A stretch of 64,000 bases of DNA from Blepharisma stoltei ATCC 30299 (taxonomy: Eukaryota > Protista > Ciliophora), in contig CBFDEM010000043.1 of assembly GCA_965603825.1 (NCBI GenBank), positions 1-64,000 of the forward strand, read 5' to 3'. Positions 48,573-59,740 of the stretch are shown here, in pieces; the first letter of the stretch is position 1; each line of letters starts with the position of its first letter. Position numbers and translations under genes: made by a program. Under the pieces are notes generated by a model. That model saw only the letters and a program-made list of their open reading frames with translations, made no database searches and was not told the origin of the DNA.

Positions 48573-48865
48573 CTCTAGTCTATTTAATATAAATTCTAGT
48601 AGTTTAGAAAGATAATCTGGGTATTAATAAGCAGAGACCTTTAGCTTAGAAGTATATTAATGCTTTAAAATATCTAGAGCTTATGATTTCATAAAGAGAA
48701 TATTTATATCTTTAATAATAACTCCTTTCTTTCTGACCTAAAAAGTAATTATCTAAGTGCAAGGTTATTAAACTATATTATCCTCTAATTCAAAGTAAAA
48801 AAAATGAATTGATTACAATATCATTAAAAAAATGAGGCTAAAAATACATCATAGCCATTTATTAA

Positions 48866-49330
48866 ATGAAATTTTTTCTGATATTGCTAATTTCGCTATT
48901 TTCAGCCCAAACAAATGCCCAAAATAATTCTACAGCGATCTGTGTAGACGATCTCAGCAAAGCCACAAGCTGCCAATTTGACGAAGACTGTCCAGTGATT
49001 CCTTGCTTTGACATGTTTTGTCCTCTTTACGTCTCAAATTGTTCTTCTTTCCCATGCTATATTAACAGATGTGTCAATGGCAAATGCATAGCCTTGACAA
49101 GAATGCTTTCTAATAAATGCCAAATAGGAGGATGCAGCTCAGAATTGTGTGTGTTTAACTCAACAAACGTGAATTCGCCATGTATTTGGAAAAATGAATA
49201 TGCGTGCTACCAAGCTTATGGGACCTGCGGCTTTACCAATTGCACATGTGGGTGGATTCAGACGAACTCGCTTATGGTCTGCCTTAATCAAACAAGTGGA
49301 AACGCTACAAATAGCACAGGACCAAAATAA
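48866..49330 (+). CDS. Secreted Cys-rich protein with eight-cysteine-cluster-like domain
   Basis: Signal peptide, several NxS/T sites, CQIGGCSSELC..SPCIWKNEYACY..C..CGWIQTNSLMVCL. Confidence 0.85.
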   Translation: MKFFLILLISLFSAQTNAQNNSTAICVDDLSKATSCQFDEDCPVIPCFDMFCPLYVSNCSSFPCYINRCVNGKCIALTRMLSNKCQIGGCSSELCVFNSTNVNSPCIWKNEYACYQAYGTCGFTNCTCGWIQTNSLMVCLNQTSGNATNSTGPK

Positions 49331-49455
49331 ATAAATTTAAATAGCAAATTTCGTTTTGTTAGAAAAAGAACGATTAAATACTTTTAAATAATATAAAATT
49401 ATAGTTTATTCTATATACTAATGTCAAAAATTTCGGTTTGTCTTCACAAATAAAT

Positions 49456-51078
49456 ATGAATTCAAATATGCCCCACGGTCGGTCAACCTCTCAAAAAGGT
49501 CCAAAAATCGATTTTATCAAGAAAAACAGAGAAAACATCGCAAAGTCCAAGCAACGCTCTCGAAGTTCCCAGGCACTTTTAAAGTCAAATTTTAAATCTC
49601 CATCAAAAAATCCCAACAATGACAACCCAAAGACCTTATCCAAAAAGAGCCCAAAAACAGATATAAGGTCTAGTTCAGGCTCAGTCAAGCAGCATTTGCA
49701 GGTATCAAGTGCAAACAAAGAAAATATTTCAAAATTCGAACTGAATAAAGAGGATTCAATTAGAAGAACCAGCCACAAAGATTTCCCAAAGGTGTTTACT
49801 CCTGAAAATGTTATAGCTGAAGAAGCGGTATCTGAAGAAGTAAGCAAGTCTGAAGCAAAGCTAGACCCTATAGTCACTATTTCTGAGTCTATGCAAATTG
49901 AGAAGGATGCCGCTTTAAATGAAATTTCAGAAAAAAATAGCCAGAGGCCATCAGTTCATCCTGACCAAATCGCATATACAGCTTCTGAAGATATGATGAT
50001 AATTGAGAGCCCAAACGAAGTCCATACAATTATTTTTGATTACAGCACCATAAGCAAATTCAAACAACCAATTGAAAATTTAAATGAAGAAATACCAGAA
50101 GAACAAGAAAGGGCCAGCAGTTTTGGGGTAAAAGAAAAAGAAAATTTAGAAGAAAAATACAGTGATAGAGGAAAGTCGTTGCTGGTAATTGAAGTAGACG
50201 AAAACATGGATATAAAGCAACTCCAGCCAAATGTGGTTTATACGTATTCTTTTGAAGTGGCTTATAAGCCTGTTTTAGAAATAGAAAACCAAAGTGAAAA
50301 TGAAGAAAAAAGAGTGTCAATTACTATTAGTCCTCGAAGGGAAAGCTTAAAAGAATGGTCAGAAGCAAGAAGTTATTTGAATTTATTGACAACAAGTGTT
50401 AAAAAAAGGAGTATTGGAAATGAGGAGCTTAAAAGAGTCAGCAGCTCTAGTTCGTTTATGCACAAGATAGAAGAACTTGAGCAAGATGAAAGACCGGAGC
50501 ATGAAAATGTTATTGAAAACCAGAGAGAAGACATAGAAAATAATGTAATAATGTCAGAGGAGATATCAAAAAGTCCAGAAAAGCCTGCTTCTTTACAAAT
50601 AGCTATCAGCGAAATATCGGTGAATGCTCCATTAGTAAAGCCAATTGTTGTCCCCGAAGTTTCCATCATATTTAATCCAAGCCCAAGTCCTAAGCAGTCC
50701 TCTAATATCCAAGTTTCCCCTAAAGCACAATTGCCAACCAAATCAAAACTTTATCTTGAAGAATCTAAAGCAGAAAAATCCCCCTACTCAACAGTCTCCG
50801 AAAAGCAAAATTCATATAACAGCCCGATAGATGAAAGAAGCAGTATAAGTGAGTCTCTGCCTAGCTCAAGCTTAAAAGACGTTCCAAATATTCGAAGAAG
50901 CAGCCGACTCGCCATGAAAAAAATAGAAAAAGAAAAAGCCCAGAAAAAAGAAAAGAAACTTAAAAGAAAAAGAAACAAAATCACGAAAAAACACAAATCA
51001 GCTGACCAAAGTGCTTGTGAAATAGCAGAGCCCGAACATCATGAAACCCACAGATCAAAGCGATATAAACGATGCTAG
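49456..51078 (+). CDS. Low-complexity Ser/Glu/Lys-rich protein with basic NLS-like tail
   Basis: Long ORF; first ATG at 49456; TAG stop. Confidence 0.78.
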   Translation: MNSNMPHGRSTSQKGPKIDFIKKNRENIAKSKQRSRSSQALLKSNFKSPSKNPNNDNPKTLSKKSPKTDIRSSSGSVKQHLQVSSANKENISKFELNKEDSIRRTSHKDFPKVFTPENVIAEEAVSEEVSKSEAKLDPIVTISESMQIEKDAALNEISEKNSQRPSVHPDQIAYTASEDMMIIESPNEVHTIIFDYSTISKFKQPIENLNEEIPEEQERASSFGVKEKENLEEKYSDRGKSLLVIEVDENMDIKQLQPNVVYTYSFEVAYKPVLEIENQSENEEKRVSITISPRRESLKEWSEARSYLNLLTTSVKKRSIGNEELKRVSSSSSFMHKIEELEQDERPEHENVIENQREDIENNVIMSEEISKSPEKPASLQIAISEISVNAPLVKPIVVPEVSIIFNPSPSPKQSSNIQVSPKAQLPTKSKLYLEESKAEKSPYSTVSEKQNSYNSPIDERSSISESLPSSSLKDVPNIRRSSRLAMKKIEKEKAQKKEKKLKRKRNKITKKHKSADQSACEIAEPEHHETHRSKRYKRC

Positions 51079-51126
51079 AGTGCTATATAATTATCTAAAA
51101 TTAAATTAGTTCAAATAATTTCTAAA

Positions 51127-52122
51127 ATGGAAAATGAGTATATTTATTGGGAGCAGCAGGATTCTGATATGCTTTGCGCAGTCAATGCACTAAATTCTCT
51201 ATTGCAAGGCCCGCATTGGAATGCAGTCAGTCTTGCAACTATTTCTCAAGAGCTAGACACTGAAGAAAATCAGCTTCTTTCAGGATCTCAACAATTTGAT
51301 GCTGGCGCTAATGTGGGGGAAAGCGGATATTTTTCTGTGCAGGCTTTACAAAGAGCACTCACAGCATATGGCTTGGAGTGTGATTATTATAACTCTGAAA
51401 TGAAACGTGGAAATGACCCAGTCAACGAAAAAGCTTTTATTTGTAATAGGCTTGATCATTGGTATTCCTTAAGAAAAATTAAGGATACGTGATGAAATTT
51501 AAACAGCTTGAATGAGCAGCCTGGCCCTCAAAGAGTTGGAGAATTTTATTTGTCAGCGCTTTTGCACAATATACAGTCAGAGGGCTATACAATTTTTGTA
51601 GTTAGGGGAGAGCTACCAGAGTCTAATAAAGATTTCTGGCCTGATTTAGGAGAAAACCAGTTTTGGATCCCCAGATCTTTATTGGAGCCAGAACAAAGAG
51701 CCCCAAACCCTGACGAAGATATTGCAAAAGCTATAGAAATGAGCTTAAAAGAATCAGAAAACCAGATGGACCCAGATTTATATTGGGCAGTCCAAGAGAG
51801 CTTAAGAGCTGAAGAGGCAAGAGTTTTGCAAGAGCAGGTGCAGAAAAATGCTGTCGAATTGAAGCAAATTCCAGAGTATGAAGGAGAAAATGCCTTTACG
51901 ATAAGATTAAGACTACCTGATGGGAAATTCGAAACTAAAAATTTTTTGCCGGAATGTAAGCTAAGTGATGTCATTAATTGGGGGAAGTTCATTACTAAGA
52001 GAGAAGTACAGTTAGTAGAAACCTTCCCAAGAAATGTGCTAAATGAGCTTGACAAGACTTTACAAGAAGCTGGATATGGTCCAAGCAACAATGCATTAAT
52101 CTTAGAATATCTCACCAATTAA
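51127..52122 (+). CDS. Ataxin-3-like deubiquitinase: Josephin + UIMs + UBX (331 aa)
   Basis: YWEQQ..LCAVNALNSLLQG, GYFSVQAL, FICNRLDHW, WWNLNS (UGA-UGA 51490-51495), DIAKAIEMSL UIM, IRLRLPDG..ETFPR UBX. Confidence 0.93.
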
Positions 52123-52532
52123 TTTTACATTATTCCTACACTTAGATTAAAGTTCAATGTCTTAATTCTTCTTTTTGAGCTTCTCGTCATTTTACACTGG
52201 TCTAAAAGCCTCTTCTGGATCATTTGTGCAGCTTGTCCTCTTTAAAAATCCTATTGCAACTCAAAAATTGGCTAAGACACTTTTCTCTGCACTATATCAT
52301 AGACATTTCATCCATATTCAAATAAATTCTCTGTTTAAAGCCAAAAACTTAATCAAAGCATTTCAAAATTTATCATTTTATTTAAAATAAAGAAGCTGAA
52401 ACAACTCCAAATTTTCTTATTCACTATTTAAACTCATTTTCTCATTTTTAACAATACTAACTTTATCTCTACAAGTTTCCTGGTCCATTTATTTTCTATT
52501 TTATTAAATAATGTTTTGTAATTATAAAGATA

Positions 52533-53564
52533 ATGTCACTGCAAATGCAGCTTGGAGATGGCAAACCCACAAATTTTGAAGACAATTCAAGCCCATCTAG
52601 CGAAGTTTTTACATATCAAGCTCCATGGCCAGTGTATTCTTTTAATTTCTCGAACCATCCCAGCTATCCTTTTCAATTAGCATTAGGCTCCTTTATAGAA
52701 GATACAGATAACAGTGTTCAAATCATCCAGTTGCACCCAGAAATGGGCCGATTTGAAGTAAAAACGACGATTCCACACACTTATGCACCCACAAAAATAA
52801 TGTGAATCCCAGATCTTGAAGGTTCCCATCCTCACCTGATGGCAACTTCAAGTGATCATTTGCGGATATGAAGGTCTGATGAATCTGGAGTAAATGTACT
52901 TGCAAATCTTGTAAATAATCGACACACTGATTATTGTGGCCCAATCACAAGTTTTGATTGGAATGCCAATGATTTGACTATGATTGGGACTGCAAGCATT
53001 GATTCTACTTGTACTATATGGGACATTGAAAGACAGGCTATGAGAAAACAGATTTTAACACATACAAAAGAAGTTAACGACATTGCATTTGGCCACGACT
53101 CAAACACCTTTGCAAGTGTAGGAGCAGACGGATCAGTAAGAAGATTTGACCTACGAAGCCTAGAGCAATGCACAATTCTCTATGAAAGCCAAGGCTACGT
53201 TCCTTTGTTAAGGCTGGCTTGGAATAAAATTGATCCCAATTACATTGCGATCATTATGATGGACTCTCCTCTTGTCACAGTCTTAGACGTCAGGTCTCCA
53301 GGGATGCCTTTGGCTATTTTGCAAAGCCACCAGAACTTTGTAAACGCAATATCGTGGGCTCCCAATTCGAGTTGTTATATATGTACAGCAGGAGATGACA
53401 GACAAGCCCTGATATGGGATTTAAGGCGAAGTCTAGGCGAAATAAGAGAACCAATGATGGTTTATGGCGCAGAAGCAGAAATTATAAGTCTAAGCTGGTC
53501 TGTGTTGCAGCCTAACTGGGTCGCTATAGCTTATAATAAGAGTCTCCAATTATTAAAGCTTTAA
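52533..53564 (+). CDS. DCAF7: DCAF7/WDR68 (AN11/TTG1-like) WD40 protein
   Basis: LALGSFIE, TKIMWIP and HLRIW (both UGA), PITSFDWN, SIDSTCTIWD, FASVGADGSVRRFDLRSLEQCTILYE, ICTAGDDRQALIWD. Confidence 0.93.
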
Positions 53565-53580
53565 ATATGTTGCATAAATT

Positions 53581-54861
53581 ATGGCAGCCAATCTTGCAAG
53601 TCTAATTGAAAGACTAGAAAAAGCTGTAGGAAGCTTGGAAGGTCTTGTTGGATTTGGAGCTCCTGCAAGGGAAGAAAGAAAAGCAGCCACTGAAGATGTT
53701 AAAGCTGTAGAAAAGAAAGCACCAGCTGAAGAAATACCTCCCTTTTTGGTTGAATTCCAGACTGCAGTCTTAGGTAAAATCCCTCAGCTGCTTCAGACTG
53801 CTCAAGCAGTTGATCCACAAGTTGTCCAAATTGTAATTAACATCTAGTCAAATGAGTTCATTAAAGGACTGAATTTTGTCAATGACTTGCTGATTGCGTC
53901 TACCAAATGCCGAAAACCTTCTGACCAAGAGAACCAAGAGCATATTATCTCAAAACTCCAAGTGATTTTTAAAGGATTAGCAGACTTAAAAAACATCAGA
54001 AACAATTTCACTAACCATTCCACTGCTGCCTTTGAAGCTGTACAATCTATTCAATGGCCTATTGCACCTATGCCAGGACCAATTGTAGACAACTTTTTAG
54101 ATGCTTCAGCATTTTATGGGAATAAAGTTCTTATGGCAAAGGTTGAGACCCACACAGCTTGGTATAAAACAATGAGAGAGACTGTGGTAGCAATGAGAGA
54201 TTATGTAAAGGCAAACTTTGCGCAAGGCTTAAACTGGAATGCTAGAGGTGTTTCAATTGGAGAGCATTTTGCAGCTAAGCCAACCCAAGCTCCAAAAGAA
54301 GAAACTAAAGCTCCTGTTGAAGAGAAAAAAGCAGCCCGTGAAGAAACTAAAACACCTGCACCCGCTAAAAAAGAGCCTAAGAAATTTGAAAGAGGCATAA
54401 GCTGGATTATAGAAAACTATTCAGAAAATAAGACGCTCGAAATTTCTCCTGAAGAAGCTGGGCTGAAAAAAGCTATTATGATTGAAAACTGTGAAAAATG
54501 TATTATCCAGGTCAAAGGGAAGGTAAAATCAATCATCATAAGCAAATGCAAAAATACCAGTGTTGTCTGCCAAGATATTGTTTCAGGGATTGAAATTGTA
54601 AATTCTACCAAAACTCAGATGCAAAGCACAGGCACTGTCCCATCAATTACCATTGATAACAGTGATGGCGCTCAACTTTTCTTATCAAAAGGCCTAGATG
54701 ACTTGATTATCACCACATGTAAGAGCTCAGACATGACAATTACTATTCCAGACCCTGCATGTCCTGATGAGTGGATTGAAAAAGCAATCCCTCATCAGTT
54801 CACCCACAGAATTTCTTCAGGAAAGGTAGCGAGCGCTGTCAGTGACGTTTATAATCATTAG
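53581..54861 (+). CDS. Adenylyl cyclase-associated protein (CAP/Srv2); one 15-nt intron
   Basis: LIERLEKAVGSLE RLE motif, AFYGNKVL, GLNWN, C-terminal CARP beta-helix (WIIEN, VKGKVKSI, VPSITID, KSSDM). Confidence 0.93.
53833..53847 (+). other. 15-nt intron GTAATTAACATCTAG
   Basis: Removes an in-frame TAG in the CAP gene. A at -6. Confidence 0.9.
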
Positions 54862-54885
54862 CTAATTAATCAGGGCAAATAATAA

Positions 54886-55227
54886 ATGGCTTCTTCAGTC
54901 ATAAGTTCTCTAGTGGAGTCTTTTGGAATTCTCAAGGAAAAGTACACAAAGGAAACGAAGAAGAGGACTAAGCTTGTTGACCTGTTTATTGGATTTAACT
55001 TAGTTTTGGCGACTATTCAGTACATTTATATGAAAGTGGCAGGAAGTTTTCCATTCAATGCATTCCTCTCAGCGTTTTTCTGTAGCATTGGGACTGCTGT
55101 TTTGACTGTGTGTCTGAGGATGCAGGTGGAGAATAAAAGTGCAGGAAAATCTGAAGAAAAAGCGTATGTGGAATATATGTTCTGCTGTCTGATATTGTAC
55201 CTGGTTTCTTTTAACTATTTAGGCTAA
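54886..55227 (+). CDS. DAD1: Oligosaccharyltransferase subunit DAD1/OST2
   Basis: KLVDLF, GSFPFNAFLSAF, VLTVCLRMQV, NYLG C-terminus. Confidence 0.95.
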   Translation: MASSVISSLVESFGILKEKYTKETKKRTKLVDLFIGFNLVLATIQYIYMKVAGSFPFNAFLSAFFCSIGTAVLTVCLRMQVENKSAGKSEEKAYVEYMFCCLILYLVSFNYLG

Positions 55228-55342
55228 GATTTTATAAGATTCATAAGCTTTTCATAAAATTTATACTAAATCTCTATTCTAGCTCTATTGCTACTTAATT
55301 AAAACGCACAAAGCTTTCTTCTTAAAACAATTAAATACTAAT

Positions 55343-55969
55343 ATGAGTGAAAATATTCTCTGCCTCGCAATTGGAAGATTTGATGATAGATCGATCCTCG
55401 CTGAGCTTATCCCAAGTGTCTCTATAAGGCAAGCTATAAGAAAAGAAATATTCTCCCTTCTCTCCGAAAAGCCTGAAGTTGAATGAATGGTATCTTCCGA
55501 CTCACAATTTGGCCTGTGAAGCATGATTGCGAATAATGACATATGCTATATGTTTTTAGGCCCCAAAAATTACCCTTCACACCTTGTAAATTCTCTGCTT
55601 TTTGATATAAAAACAGCTTTAAAAGACAAAAAATACTCAGAACAAGAAGTCCTAGAAATTATGTCCCAGAAATACAGAAATTCCAATGGGCAAGACAAAG
55701 TTAAGAACTTAACTACACAAGTAAAGCAGGTCCAAGAGCTGGCTTATGTAGGCATCCAAAAAGTCCTAGAGAACACAGAAGTCGCTGAAAATTTGTCTGT
55801 GAAAACTGACGAGTTGGCAAGCACAAGTTACTTGCTGAATCAACAGTCAAAAAGACTGTCACGACAACTGTATTGGAGAAACTTCAAGCTGAGATGCATA
55901 GTAGGAATTGTTATTGCCGCCGTTCTTCTATATTTGATAATTTCCTTATTTTCAGAAGATGATAATTAA
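55343..55969 (+). CDS. Longin-type R-SNARE (VAMP7-like, 208 aa)
   Basis: ATG 55343. Longin-like N-term with two UGA, synaptobrevin coil KVLENTEVAENLSVKTDEL, WRNFK, C-terminal TM. Confidence 0.88.
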
Positions 55970-56004
55970 CTTATTGATAATAAGCCATAATGCGAAATTA
56001 ATAT

Positions 56005-56994
56005 ATGGACCTTTTATACCTTAATCTCCACTGCCAGATTCCAGCAGAATTCTTAACATCACTAGACTTGCCCTTAGTCTTTTTATCATCACTCATTTTG
56101 TCTCCTTTCAGAGTCATCGGCTTAAACTACCAATTATCCTCAAGCACATCTCAGTCATCTCTAAGTGAAAGCCTCAAAAATCTGAAAGCATGGAACACCA
56201 AAAGCTATAAATTCAAAACAAAAGAACAAATTCCTCGTCAAAAATTCTTGAAAATTCCAGTCTTTAAAAGTTATAGAGAATTGCTATTTTGTATCTCAAG
56301 CAAAAAATTATCAACTTTATATGCAGGGAATTTTTGAGAAAACAACTTTTTTTGAGCTTCTTTTAAAGTAAAATGCGCTCTTATAGCTCTTATTGGAGGG
56401 AAATTTATTAAAGATCCTTATGCTAACACATTTTTATTTGCTTCAATTTTTACAGCTTATGACTTGTTCAACTACCGATTTGAGTTAATTACTACAAAAA
56501 TGACATATGAGCATTTCCATTATGGACAAAATAAGCTAAAATATGCAAATTCTAAGTACTTAGGCTACTTCATGCAGATTGACAATCAAATAAAAGAGTT
56601 CAATCATTTAATTTCCCCGGCTTCAGAAAATCCAGTTGTGGTCACAAAATTCATATGTTGGCTGTATTCTATGGTGGCTTTCCACAATAAATGGGAAAAT
56701 GAAAAAATGATTGACTTGTTCATTCTCCATACCATTTTTTACCCGCTTACTACAGCTCAAAGAAGGATTGAGTCTCAATTTGCAAATCCAGCATTACAGC
56801 CTTTTCGGTACAAAAACATTTTGCATGCTCTGGAGAAGATTTATTATCAAGAAGGCATTTTGGATGGGCTTTATAGAGGATTTATGCTGAACACAATCTA
56901 TATGATCCCCAGATATTATATTCTTCCACCTTTAGTCTATCATTTTTCTCTAAAAAATCAGGAAAAATTTAACGCAGAAAGAGCTCAAATGTAG
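56005..56994 (+). CDS. Divergent mitochondrial carrier (SLC25-like) protein (329 aa)
   Basis: ORFs joined by UGA 56335 and 56353. YPLTTAQRRIESQ..YKNILHALEKIYYQEGILDGLYRG carrier repeat. Confidence 0.78.
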
Positions 56995-57052
56995 GATGAA
57001 AATACACACTAATGGATTTTTTAATTAAGAAATAGGCAATTTAATTAGGGAA

Positions 57053-59377
57053 TTAAGGGACGTAGTTCCAATGCACTTTAAGGGTGCGCTCAGATTTTTC
57101 TGGGTTATCTTCGACGATTACCAAGATGTGGTCTTTCATTACCAGCCTTTGTATGACTCCATTGACAATTTCCATCAGTCTCACCGAATCTTCTTCTGTG
57201 GTGACTTCATGCATGTGCTCTTCTACGTATTTCTGCACAATCTCGCCTTGCTTTACGCCGGCTTCTCCTTCTTGCTGTCTTAACAGCATTGCTATCCATT
57301 TGGCCATTCTGTCATACTCTTCAAAAGAAATACTGGTTTTCTTAGGCCCAGCCTGCTGTTCAGCCAGTCTTTTTTCTCTATCAATTTCAGCTTGTTCTTG
57401 TCTATACACATTCATAGCACTCTCATCAAACTGTTCTTCTACATCTACGTCGCTGGTTTCTACATGAATAATAGACTTTTTCAGCAGTCTGCAAGCTTCT
57501 AATACATATTCAGGCCTTATTTGTTGGTCATAATTAAGCCTAGAGATTGCTTCAGAAAGTCTGATTAAGGACTCAAGCTGTCTGACAGTGATTCTATATG
57601 CATTATTCTGGTGCATTGAGTCTGACTGCCGAAGCAGCTTGTACTGCTCTCTGAGAAGCTTAGCAGCCTCAGTCGTAAATGCAGGGTTTATACGTCTGGC
57701 TCCAAGGATGTACTTTTTCATCATGTCCATTGAAAATTCTCCTTCTAGCGCTCTGTCTCCATTGGTATGCAAATTTACTATATGGTTTGCAATGGCATTG
57801 TCTACGCGTTCATCACCTTCGTCAACGATTACAAAAAACAGGTCAAATCTGGACATCAGAGGTGGCGAAATGTCGACGTTTCTGCGGAGCTCTAATGATT
57901 TATCGTATCTTCCATATTTAGGGTTAGCAGCAGCTAGGACAGAACATCTAGCATTAAGAATAGCCTGGATTCCTGCTTTGGCGATAGAAATGGTCTGTTG
58001 TTCCATGGCTTCATGAATAGCTACTTGGTCTTTGGAGTCCATCTTATCAAATTCGTCAATACAACAAATCCCATTGTCTGCAAGCATTAAAGCTCCAGCT
58101 TCTATACAAAAATCGCCGGTTTCTAGATCTCTTTGAACTGCTGCTGTAAGACCAGCGGCAGATGAGGCTTTACCTGAGGTATATACAGATCTTGGCAAGA
58201 AATTGCAGACGTACTTCAAAAATTGAGATTTTGCGGTTGAGGGGTCGCCGACGATACAAATGTTGAGGTCTCCTCTGAGCTTCATGCCTTCTGGGGTCTT
58301 CTTATTTGAGCCTCCTAGTAGCATTAGTAAAATTCCTCTTTTTACTTCTTCATGGCCAAATACAGTAGGCGAAATGCATCTTGCTATCCTTGAATATAAA
58401 TCAGGTTCAGCCCTCATTCTTTCAATGGCTTCTTGGTCAGCTGCAGTGAGCTCTGTTACTTCGTCGTCTTCTCTGAAATTAAAAGCAGGGTGCTTAGTGA
58501 CAGCAGACGCAATAAATACAAGTTTATAATTCAGCTCTCTAACACCTAAAGCTTTTAGTCCGGTAACTGCGTCAAGAGTCCGGTCTCTTCCTCGTTGACC
58601 GTCGTGTTTCATTGACATTTGTTGTCTTTCTCCTGGGGTTAAAAATGATGCGACCTCTGGAACTGCGATTAAAGTGCCTGTGAAGATGAGCCTTTCTCCT
58701 GGCTTAGCGGTGTCTACAAGTTCATGTCTCAGAATGATATCAATTGACCTTGGCATGCTGCCTGCTGGGATTTCGTTAGAGTGTTCTTGGACTCTGACTT
58801 TTTGCCAGTCACAGAATTTTGAACTTTCTAAAATAAGCTCCCATCGTGATTTATTACCGCAATGGCCGTTTGGACATATTTGAGGTGTTGTGTACTTAAA
58901 TTGCTGCACCACATCTTTCACTTCATAGTTGCAAGCTAAACATTTAAAGCTCCCATACCTCAGTTCTGGGCGAACTTCAGTACTTTTTGTGACTGTAGCA
59001 CTTATTGATACAAGTTTTCCTATTCTTTGTGTTTTCAATGAGCGGATTTTGTCATCATGTGAATTATTAAAGAAGCCTACATGGATTTCGTTGTCTTTGG
59101 CGTATTCTGGGAAGCATTTAAACATAAAGCGTTGGACTGCTTTTTCAAGGAAAGGCTCAAATTTGTAATAGTCTGATAAAAGAGCTGTTAGCAGGTCATC
59201 GAAAAGAGTTAAATGAGAAAGGTCAACAAAAAGCGTGGTTTTTTCGTTAACTACAAGATCTTGGCCTTTGTAGAAGTAAACTTCACGGTCATTTAGTCTG
59301 AATGTTTCAAGAAATTCTAAAAAGCGTGATTGGACAGCTTCACCTTCAGCTTCTGTGGCGAGTTCTATGTTCATCAT
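57053..59377 (-). CDS. MCM6: DNA replication licensing factor MCM6
   Basis: EVRPEL, Zn finger, EIPAGSMPRS, GDPSTAKSQFL, IDEFDKM, SRFD, ITVRQLESLIRLSEA, winged-helix C-term. Confidence 0.97.
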   Translation of the reverse strand: MMNIELATEAEGEAVQSRFLEFLETFRLNDREVYFYKGQDLVVNEKTTLFVDLSHLTLFDDLLTALLSDYYKFEPFLEKAVQRFMFKCFPEYAKDNEIHVGFFNNSHDDKIRSLKTQRIGKLVSISATVTKSTEVRPELRYGSFKCLACNYEVKDVVQQFKYTTPQICPNGHCGNKSRWELILESSKFCDWQKVRVQEHSNEIPAGSMPRSIDIILRHELVDTAKPGERLIFTGTLIAVPEVASFLTPGERQQMSMKHDGQRGRDRTLDAVTGLKALGVRELNYKLVFIASAVTKHPAFNFREDDEVTELTAADQEAIERMRAEPDLYSRIARCISPTVFGHEEVKRGILLMLLGGSNKKTPEGMKLRGDLNICIVGDPSTAKSQFLKYVCNFLPRSVYTSGKASSAAGLTAAVQRDLETGDFCIEAGALMLADNGICCIDEFDKMDSKDQVAIHEAMEQQTISIAKAGIQAILNARCSVLAAANPKYGRYDKSLELRRNVDISPPLMSRFDLFFVIVDEGDERVDNAIANHIVNLHTNGDRALEGEFSMDMMKKYILGARRINPAFTTEAAKLLREQYKLLRQSDSMHQNNAYRITVRQLESLIRLSEAISRLNYDQQIRPEYVLEACRLLKKSIIHVETSDVDVEEQFDESAMNVYRQEQAEIDREKRLAEQQAGPKKTSISFEEYDRMAKWIAMLLRQQEGEAGVKQGEIVQKYVEEHMHEVTTEEDSVRLMEIVNGVIQRLVMKDHILVIVEDNPEKSERTLKVHWNYVP

Positions 59378-59740
59378 GGTTCCCGCGAATAATTATAAGG
59401 AAAAATGGTATTGCGCCAGTTCCTTGTTTTAAGTAAATATTATTCACTATAGACTTCTAAGTCGTAAAAATCAATATTTGCCATGTTTAAAAAGTCAAAA
59501 ATTATTTAACGGTGCTTTAATTGTAATTTTAATTAAAATTAGAAAATTGTTAAAATTATAAGAGAAATACTAGTAAACTAAAGAATTATTTTAGATTACT
59601 TAAGATTTTAATAAAAAGTTTAAAGCAAAACAAATAAAAACTTCGCAAAGCCTAATCGTTTTAGCATTTATATTTATATATAAAAGATTCTAGCCGATTC
59701 ACAAGACCATTTAATTAGAATCTAAAATGAAATTAATCTA

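Noticed and set aside
52141-52445. Minus-strand gene between the ataxin-3-like gene and DCAF7
   Set aside because: The frame is interrupted by TAA even with UGA=Trp and has no motif; at most a relic.
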